From assembly GCA_002269645.1 (NCBI GenBank), contig NIVC01001859.1, positions 165,136 through 229,135 on the forward strand: a DNA stretch of 64,000 nucleotides, read 5' to 3'. This document shows, piece by piece, positions 54,912 to 64,000 of this stretch. A program made the translations under genes and the position numbers. The notes under the pieces are model-generated. The model was not told the origin of the DNA and did no database searches. It saw only the letters and a list, made by a program, of their open reading frames with translations. The DNA comes from Macrostomum lignano. Its lineage: Eukaryota. Positions within the stretch are counted from its first letter, which is position 1. Each line of letters begins with the position of its first letter.

Positions 54912-55876
54912 TTGTCAGTGCATCTAGTGTCAGAGGCTGTAGAGTCTGAAGTGTCAGAGGTGTCAGTGTATCTAGAGTCTGAGTGTCAGAGGCTGTAGAG
55001 TCTGGAGTGTCAGAGGCTGTAGAGTCTGGAGTGTCAGAGGCTGTAGAGTCTGGAGTGTCAGAGGTGTCAGTGCATGTAGAGTCTGGAGTGTCAGAGGTGT
55101 CAGTGCATGTAGAGTCTGGAGTGTCAGAGGCTGTAGAGTCTGGATTGTCAGAGGCTGTAGAGTCTGGAGTGTCAGAGGTGTCAGTGTATCTAGAGTCTGA
55201 GTGTCAGAGGCTGTAGAGTCTGGAGTGTCAGAGGTGTCAGTGTATCTAGAGTCTGAGTGTCAGAGGCTGTAGAGTCTGGAGTGTCAGAGGCTGTAGAGTC
55301 TGGAGTGTCAGAGGCTGTAGAGTCTGGAGTGTCAGAGGTGTCAGTGCATGTAGAGTCTGGAGTGTCAGAGGCTGTAGAGTCTGGATTGTCAGATGCTGTA
55401 GAGTCTGGAGTGTCAGAGGTGTCAGTGCATGTAGAGTCTGGAGTGTCAGAGGCGTCAGTGCATGTAGAGTCTGGAGTGTCAGAGGCTGTAGAGTCTGGAG
55501 TGTCAGAGGCGTCAGTGCATGTAGAGTCTGGAGTGTCAGAGGTGTCAGTGCATGTAGAGTCTGGAGTGTCAGAGGTGTCAGTGCATGTAGAGTCTGGAGT
55601 GTCAGAGGCGTCAGTGCATGTAGAGTCTGGAGTGTCAGAGGCGTCAGTGCATGTAGAGTCTGGAGTGTCAGAGGCTGTAGAGTCTGGAGTGTCAGAGGTG
55701 TCAGTGCATGTAGAGTCTGGAGTGTCAGAGGTGTCAGTGCATGTAGAGTCTGGAGTGTCAGAGGCGTCAGTGCATGTAGAGTCTGGAGTGTCAGAGGCGT
55801 CAGTGCATGTAGAGTCTGGAGTGTCAGAGGTGTCAGTGCATGTAGAGTCTGGAGTGTCAGAGGTGTCAGTGCATGT
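54912..55876. repeat. Mixed 24/33-bp minisatellite
   Basis: gtcagaggctgtagagtctggagt units and a 33-bp variant containing gtcagtgcat. Confidence 0.95.
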
Positions 55877-56882
55877 ATGTCAGTCCATGAGTGTCAGTCC
55901 TGAGGTAGCGCTAACTTTAGCAAATGTTTAGTCACTACAAAATGGTGTTGAGAATCTGGTGGCACAGAATTGAAAACAGAGTTCACAGCTGGATTTTTAT
56001 AATCTATTGATAACTGCCTTGCTCAAAGTGCTCAACAGCATCGGGATTGGGATCCGGTGTCTAGCTACAGTCTCTAGTGAGTGCCATGTCGCACTTCGGT
56101 GGATAGATGACAGAGTTGAAAAACTTCAGGTGAGTATAAAATGTATTTATCTGTACCATCATTCCCTGTTTGTTACTAACGGAAAAGCCAAAGAGAGGTG
56201 TGAACTGCAGTCTCCCAGCTAGCAACTGCCAACGCTTGCAACATCAAAAAAGCTTTTTTGTCGCGGGCAATAAATTATGTTGGGCGAATCCAACGGCGCA
56301 AAAAAGGAAAGGGAAAAAATGACAGCGACTTTCCTGCCTGGGATGGGGGGGGGCAGGGTGGGGTCGTGAAGCACCGAGTACTTCCCATCCTCCACATCCC
56401 ATCGAAGTCATGCTTCAATGCAGGCTTTCAGTCTACAGGCTGCAATCTGTTGGACATTTCAACCTCGCCAGCCCCCGTTACCCCTCGTCGAGCCATTTAC
56501 AGGACCCAATCCAGCAGCGCTTTGTGGCGGGACTGTCAGCATGTCTACCTGGATTCCGGGCATTGCAAAAACCGATGCCCAAATAAAAATGCACAGGTGA
56601 ATTCCCCCCCCCTCCTAGATTTCTTGACAATTTTTTGCAGTTTTAACAAAATTTCAGACCGCTCGGCAATCAGATTGGCGGTTGCGGCAGGTGCGGTAGT
56701 CCCATCGTCTGCACATCGCTGGAACCAAAAGAGAAACGAAAAGCTTTCGAATCGATTTCGCCGAAGCGGCACGGGCAGAGGGGATTTATAAACTCGGCAG
56801 AGTTAAAAAGTTGGAAGTAAAATTTCCTCAGACAAGCCGACGCCAGTTCAAGGAGTTTTTGGTTGGGTAAACCGGCTGCGCA

Positions 56883-58962
56883 ATGAATCGAGAGGAAGGT
56901 AAGCTTCATCAGTCATGCAGGCAACTTTTAATAAATCTTTTTGGTTGGATCTGCATATGCTAACTCATCGATATCTTTCTCTAGCATTGTAGTTGTAGCT
57001 ATTTTAATCTTGAAAAAATATGATAGCAAAGTCTAGCAACCAAAATAACCAACCAAACAGATAACCAACATGATAACAAACCAAACAACCAAATAGCGAA
57101 CTAACCAACAACCAAATTAACAACCAACCAAACAACCAACCAACCAAACAACCAACCAAACAAACAACCAACCAAACAAACAACCAAACAACCAACCAAC
57201 CAAACAACCAAACAACCAAACAACTAAACAACCAAACAACCAAACAAGCTTACAACCAAAGAACCGGCCAAAAAACAAAACAAGCAAACGACCAACCAAG
57301 CAAACGACCAACCAACCAAACGACCAACCAAGCACATAACCAAACGACCCAATAACCAAAGAACCAACCAAACAATTAAACGACCAAACAACCAACCAAC
57401 CAACCAACCAAACAACCAACCAAGCGAACAACCGACCAACCCAATAACCAAAGAACCAATCAAACAACTAAACAACCAACGAAGCAAACAACCAACCAAC
57501 CAACCAACTAACCAACCGCAGTATTCTGCTCCGGCTATAAAGACGCTGATAACATCTGGCAGACGGGCTTCTCGTGCGGATGGCGAGATTTGACATTCGG
57601 CAAAGTCTCCGGCTTGTCCTGCTGCCAATTCGCGAACGGCACCAGGTGAGACAAAGTGAAACAATGTCCTACGTTTCATGGCATTCCTGATCATACGTGC
57701 ACACATAATAACATCAATTAAATGACAAGGAAACAATTTGCACACGCAGGTACTGTTGCTACACTACAGAAACTCCGCTAGCATCTAAAGACTATAGTAC
57801 GAGCAATGATTTGGAAACCTCTTCGACTGAGCCACACCATCAACAGCAGCTAGAGAATATGAAGTGAGCAATCATTAGTGTAAATTCCTAGATTTGCATA
57901 CATTCCTCTATATGCATTTGTGGGGGTGCCCTAAGATGTGAGCGTATATATTCTGTGTCAGCGTGTGTATGAGTGCGTGGCTGCTTACTGTATAGGCGCG
58001 CTGGTAGAACTGCTTCAACACAGGTTGTAGGACAATGCACGAAGACGATGAACAAAAGACCACAGCCCTCCTGCAACTATCAGGTCCCCTGGGGCTAACC
58101 CTATGTGCGCCACTATCTTGCGAAAACGTCTTTGATGTCTTTGAGCTAAGTGAGGATGCAAGACGATCGCTTTCACACTATCCTAACCTCGAATGTTATT
58201 AATTAGCCTTTGCCTTCGCCACTAACCAAGGCTCACCCTGATAGCAACAGCGGTCACAAGCTGCCTGCTCCTGGTGCTGCTCCTATCAGCCGCTGTCACT
58301 CTGGCGCTTCGGGCGAGAAAGAACGGAAACAGTCACCGCGGTCGTGCAGTAGACGGCAAACAACAAACCGTCTGCGCGTTGCAGCCGGGACAAACAAGGA
58401 TAATGGACCGTTTGGCTGTTTGCACTACTACTAGTAAGCGTCCGTATGTACTGTAATTTAGAAAGTCAAGAAGGCCGCTGTACACGCTGCATGTATGACT
58501 GCATGCATGCGGCACGCTACTGGCACGCTTGTGTGGTGTATACCTAGCAACATCGAAAATTCGCCATCACAGAAGATTCCGTCTGTGGTCGCCACTTTTT
58601 GAGAGTGCAGGTAAAGTAAAGCAATGAAAACCGGGCGGAAGCTTGAATCCATCCAGTCTTCGCCCTCCGCTCTTCCCGATCCCTCCTCACCCAGCCCAAC
58701 TCTGCGTCGTGTGACGCAAGTTGCGTCACTCAAAAGTCAAAACTGAGCTAGAATTTACTGCGCACTCTCAAAGGTGGCGACTTTTTAATGTTGTTGAGTA
58801 TATACCAGCATCTCAACTAAATTTATTTTACCAACAGGTCAGCATCAAACTCTGCAAAGCGATCCGTCGCCATCAGCCAGTTCCAGCTTCCGGGACAGCA
58901 GTCAACTCACTGCAGTGTCTCCTGGTGGAGCTGCACTCGTTGATGTAGAGAACGGTAAATAA
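56883..58962 (+). CDS. Shisa-like single-pass membrane protein, ~214 aa, no signal peptide (SHISAL2/FAM159-like architecture); exons 56883-56898, 57522-57645, 57750-57863, 58231-58433, 58548-58610, 58838-58962
   Basis: MNREE|VFCSGYKDADNIWQTGFSCGWRDLTFGKVSGLSCCQFANGT|RYCC gives the Shisa C..GF.C..CC..RYCC pattern across two introns. TM LTLIATAVTSCLLLVLLLSAAVTLAL followed by RARK. Phases match (1, 2, 2, 1, 1); AATAAA overlaps the stop. Confidence 0.8.
57035..57517. repeat. Degenerate (AACC)n tract in Shisa-like intron 1
   Basis: Direct reading. Confidence 0.93.
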
Positions 58963-59505
58963 AATCGGTATTGACAAGCGCTTGTGGGATAAAATTTATT
59001 GTCGAAAGACTCGCACAATTGCTGAACAATTTCAGAAACTTACGAGTACTAAGGCCCCTGAAGCGAACTAGTTATAACCGATCGAGCAAAGTTCTCTGAA
59101 TGCCGGCCATCAATACTCTTAAAGCTAATATAGTAACACTTTAGATTTTCTTAGAAATGAGCTGGAGGTCGGGATAAGGACCGTATATTTGCCGTATCGC
59201 TAGATACTCGTATAGTGCATCCACTAATACAGATGTTTCTCAACTGAATTAGTCTATGGTGTAACCTCATGCAGCGATATGCTTTCTCTAATTAAATGCA
59301 CTAGCTATATGTATAAGATATTCTATGGGTTTGAGGTCGGTATGTGATTAAATCCGAGAGCCGAATTATTTAAGCTACTTTAATTTTGCGGGATGCATTC
59401 AGATAAATCCTGGAGCCATACTTGTATGTCTATGGTTGAAGTTGGGGATGGGGGTGTGGGGGCGAAGCCCCTGCTGGGGTGTGCGGGCGAAGCCCCCACA
59501 TTCTT

Positions 59506-59791
59506 ACCATAGACAAATTTTCATTAAGAAATTTCTCGAGTCACGAAGGAAGAGAAGAGAGAAGCTCGCTTATTTAGATACATACAATAATCCTTGCAAT
59601 ATGTCCGGGAAAGTGATCGATTGAATCCCGCAAAATAAAATCTATGTCAATAACCTCCCTGAAAGTGAGCTTTAAAGTGGTTTAATGAAATCTATCCCAC
59701 GAATGCAAGGAGCGGAGAATATTGACTAGATTCGCGGAGATTATGAGTACTCTCCGCTCCCTGTATTCGCGGGACACGTTTTGTCTATGGT
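59506..59791. mobile_element. Putative MITE with 12-bp terminal inverted repeats
   Basis: accatagacaaa at 59506-59517 and tttgtctatggt at 59780-59791; further gtctatgg copies near 59428 and 59843. No TSD identified. Confidence 0.4.
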
Positions 59792-60735
59792 TGTGGAAAG
59801 TGTTCAACCAATCGCACTTTGGCTCAATGCGTTAATTTTATTGTCTATGGCAGTGGGGGTTACTTAGTGAGAATCATCACGAATATGTGTACAGCCTCCA
59901 GCTCATTTCTAAGAAAGTCGAGGTCTCATCATACGCTAGAAACTTTTCATATTCACGCTTTCTCATATTTATCATATTTATCCCATATTAATCCTTACTG
60001 TTTTTTTACCTATTCTGTTGGTTTTGAAAAATTCAATGAAATACTATAAACTAGACATCACCCGTGTTTCATACCAGGTTGCATGCATATAATGACAGTA
60101 TCAACAATTAAATCACAATACGTAACGGCTGAAGCAATTTTCTGGTGAATGCTTTTAAAGCAGAACAGTTTTTTCTTCTCTACTGATTTTCATTGACACG
60201 AAGAGGAACTTAAATTACAATTATTCAACAACAAAAAATGGGGTTAGTTAAATTCTGGCGTCGCACAGTGGAACAATAATTCGTACAAAATGTAATGAAT
60301 ATTGATAGATGCATGCAGCAATCACAATGGCAGTCGATGTGATGCTTTGATAGTTAGTGACCAAAAATGCACTAGCTAGGTGAAATTTTATATGGTTTTG
60401 ATCAAGTTGCTTAAAATGAAAAAACTTTATAAACTTATGGACATTCGGATTCGTGGGTAAGAAGGGCCGGCCCTTTCCCGAATTTTCACTTTTTCGATTG
60501 GCAACCCATATTGATATTACTATGAACAGTTCTTTTAAGCATTTGAAGTCGCTAGCGCTAGACTGACTATTGGAAAGTGAATAAATTTAATAAAAATTCA
60601 TTTTCGATTCAGAGAATAGCTTGGGTCAAGCGAAAATCCAGCTTTAAATATAATATGACTGATAGCTTTTTTGGGAGTTAAAAAACCTGATAAAAATCCT
60701 TCAGATCAGACTCAACTGCAAGAGATTTATGTGTC

Positions 60736-61514
60736 GGGAGCCGATTTCATAAAAAAGCTGCAGGTGACAAGTGACAAGTGGACAAGTGACAAGTCGACAA
60801 AGTGACAAGTCGATAAAGTGACAAGTCGACAAGTGACAAGTCGACAAGTCGACAAGTGACAAGTGACAAGTCGACAAGTGACAAGTGACAAGTCGACAAG
60901 TGACAAGTGACAAGTCGACAAGTGACAAGTGACAAGTCGACAAGTCGACAAGTGACAAGTGGACAAGTAACAAGTCGACAAGTGGACAAGTGACAAGTCG
61001 ACAAAGTGACAAGTCGACAAGTGAGAAGTCGACAAGTGAAAAGCCGACAAGTGACAAGTCGACAAGTGACAAATCGACAAATGGCAAGTGACAAGTGACA
61101 AGTTTCAAGCGTCAAATATTTTAGTTTCATAAACATGGGGCCTTACTCAGGTTAAAAATAACTAATTTTATGTCTATGTTTAAAACACCATATGAAATTT
61201 ATCAAGCCTTTAGACCGCAAACCACAATTTTATAGGATCCGTGTCTGAGACAGACGTGATGACCTCTGCGTTATTCTCCGGCTTTAATCCTCTCATTCAA
61301 GAAGGCTACTCGTACAAGTGCCACAGCGTCTTCTCAAACAGACAAACACTCAAGACAAGAGGAAGTATTTTAATGCAGAGGCATCCATCTCAGTGCATGT
61401 CTATCGACGAAAGTTGTCAAGTTGCAGCTGTTTTTTATGAAAAGCATCATTTTGCAGAATTGTCAAAATTGTTACTTGTAATTTGTCCGACAAATGCTTT
61501 ATGAAATGGGCCCC
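60736..61514. mobile_element. Putative non-autonomous DNA transposon (MITE, PIF/Harbinger-like termini) with internal gtgacaa/gtcgacaa repeats
   Basis: gggagccgatttcataaa (60736-60753) versus the reverse complement of 61498-61514 (ggggcccatttcataaa); a second inner inverted copy at 61414-61442; 7/8-bp module array at 60762-61102. Confidence 0.5.
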
Positions 61515-61527
61515 AGCTAGATGGATG

Positions 61528-63289
61528 TCACACCACACTTTGATCGTCTCCAGCTCCCATCATGTGCTGATCCGGGCCGTTAGCATTGCCTGTTTGCAAA
61601 GGCCGTTTGCAGTCTCCTCTGTAGGACAGCCACATCTCCCTAGCAACTTCGGCCGAAATTATTTCTCCAGCATTGATGGCGAGCATGCGCAGCACGAACA
61701 CCCCATCGCAACGCAGATTTTGGCTCACAAAGTTCTCTAGCTGGTGCCTGACAGCGACGTCGCGTGAGTCGCGTCTAACGTTTGAATCGGCCATACGGAG
61801 GCTGCTCAGGACGAACTGGTGCCTCATCGGTGGCAGGGCGTGCTTGTACAGCCAGGTGAAGAACGACATCACCGTAGCTACGGCAACTAGAAACAGCCAG
61901 AACCAAAGGAATACGAAGATCTTTTCGTTGAACAGGTTGATCACTAGGACGCACTGAACCGTGTGCCGGTGCAGGTTGCCCAAAACGCGGATTTCAAAGT
62001 CGCACATTGTCACTCTCGGGAATTGGCCCGACTCCTCCCAGGTGACGCCCGATATCATGTTAATTAACAGTTCCCAACCGAAAAACTGATACGGACTACC
62101 TAGGAAGGCGTTGAGCAAAAAGAACTGACAAACACAATTGCAGATGTAGAGCAGCTTGACGAGAAAGTACATCAGGCTAAGGAAGACGCCGTGACGCCTG
62201 GAGCAGAGCAGAAACTTATTGGCAGCCTGCCTGAGCTGGCCAAGACAGTCCCGACGCTCGCGTTTCTGAAAACGCAGCGCGTCCTCGATGTGCCTGGCGA
62301 TGGCGCGAATGGTTTTGCCCCGACTATCCGGGTTCACGTTCTGCGCGTCGCTTGTCATTCGATTGATTGCGCGGAAGTTGATGCCGCTCTCCCAGTTGAG
62401 CAGGCGCCACACAATGTTAGGCAGGTAGAATAGCAGGGCCTGGCAGACTAGCATGAATGGCACCCATTGGTAGTAGCCGATTTTTCTGTCGTTACGATGA
62501 CTGTGCTCTTTAGGTATTGTGTGACGCAAAGGCAGGTAGTAGGTGTTCTGAATCCAGCAGTAGTTCTCAGCGTACTGCTCCATTGCAGTGGTGAATTGAG
62601 CTGGCACCCAGCACTGCAGTGGCTGACCTGCGGGTTTGAGATTTTAGAGGGCCTACAGTCAGGGACATCTATAAAAATAATGCCTGTAAATATGGAACTT
62701 CTGAAACTCTGAGCACGATTGTCTGCTTGGAGAGGACAGTTTCTGTTTCAAAGAGTCTTTCGACGGGCGTAACTTTTTGTCGCTGTATCCACAGAGGGTA
62801 CTTCTTTTAGTACCTATTTTAGGAACTATTAGCTGTAGCAGAAAGACAAGTCACCTTTTCCTTTGTCCGGAGAAGGGAGAGAGGGGAACTTACAAGTGGT
62901 AGAGAGGATGGGAAGGAGAAGATGGAGAGAGGAGTGAGGGGAGAGTGCAGGGGAGCTGAGAGTTCGCCGTTAGAAATGGTTTGAGCATTCTCCTACCCTA
63001 TAATTATAAAAGAAATGGTTCTATTTAGACATCTTTACAGTTGGTGAGAAATTTCCCATCTAAACAGAGCATCCAAGATGTCTGTTAACTTCAGTTAAGT
63101 TCAAGTAATTAATAGCGACCTGAACTCACCAACATACTGCTTAGCCGATATGATAAACGTGAACACAACAATCACGATAGCCGTGTAGTAATGATTCAAC
63201 CTGTCAATAAAGTCGTCATCAATGCGCAGGGTGGAGCTGGCTATCTTCAACTTGCGCAGCGTGCCAAACAGTCCGATGTCCATCACCAT
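61528..63289 (-). CDS. inx: Innexin (gap junction protein), 419 aa; exons 63289-63130, 62627-61528
   Basis: DDDFIDRLNHYYT, KQYVG|QPLQCWVPAQFT, YAENYCW, YYQWVPF, FPRVTMCDF, TVQCVL..N.FNEKIF.FLWFW. Phase-1 GT-AG intron; 1260 nt. Confidence 0.97.
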
Positions 63290-64000
63290 TTTCTGTTTCA
63301 ATATCTAATCTATCGACAATAAATACCTGGGTTTTGATTTGCTCTCGGAGATAGGGAACAAGTTAGAATAGTATGTTTGCTTGCTATATAGTCCAAGAGA
63401 GCTTGTTAGCATAAAACGACTGCAGAGAGTCTAGCAGAGTTGAGTCGGCAGAAGATATATAGACAGCAATGGGAAATTCCAACTGTAGTCAAGCACATAG
63501 CAGGGAAGGAACTATGCATTTTTCAGCTGGAAGGCTCGCTACGTACCCGCATTCGCTTCGAAGATCTTGAGTATCGCATAGCTACTCAACGCACTGCCGA
63601 GTATGGGGACTAGGGGGGGGGATTCTCTGACTTCTTAGACTTGAAACTTGCGCCACCAGCAGAGGTTCAGTCAGCTAGCTAGCTATAAACTAGCTATTAA
63701 AACTGGGAAGGGGGGTGGGGCCACGGATGATTCAATTCTTGACCATTCTGGCAATTGCTCCAGTAGCCATACACCATAGTAGCATAATCTGTAGCGGTTT
63801 TACTCAATACAATCAGGGAGTGTTAAGGTATACAAAAGTCTATCACACTGCCGAGGCGTGCATCACGTAACGTCAGACCACAGATAATAAACACGATATT
63901 TCACTCTGCATTGAGTTAAGCCATTTTGTGTTATAGTCTATGGCTCAAAAAAGTGTCTACTCTTTGGGTGAGCGTCAGCGTGTGCATGGCACTGCTCGTT

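Noticed and set aside
56258-56791. 177-aa plus-strand ORF upstream of the Shisa-like gene
   Set aside because: No motifs and not phase-compatible with the Shisa exons; more likely 5' UTR intron or promoter sequence.

Overview
Eukaryotic (animal) genomic DNA: intron-rich, with GC-richer exons separated by dense micro- and minisatellite arrays. The architecture resembles a free-living flatworm such as Macrostomum (inference only). By joining exons by hand across GT-AG introns and checking reading phase, I reconstructed seven protein-coding genes: an intronless extended-Tudor-like ORF (1464-2330,+); a Max-like bHLH-ZIP gene (3 exons, 5683-7774,+); CMC1 (twin CX9C, 2 exons, 9561-11324,+); an 18-exon DPP6/DPP10-like catalytically dead dipeptidyl peptidase (25670-46536,+); an orphan type I membrane protein (6 exons, 49737-53670,+); a Shisa-like protein without a signal peptide (6 exons, 56883-58962,+); and an innexin (2 exons, 61528-63289,-). 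One more gene near 18373-20295 is unresolved. Most long ORFs in the supplied track are translations of simple repeats and are not genes. I found no rRNA, tRNA, CRISPR array or transposase/RT gene. The best leads are two oppositely oriented satellite arrays that bracket the DPP membrane-anchor exon, the run of membrane/channel-accessory genes at 25-63 kb, the degenerate Tudor gene, and several hairpin or MITE-like structures. Nothing here proves a new biological system. Family assignments come from remembered motifs, not database searches.
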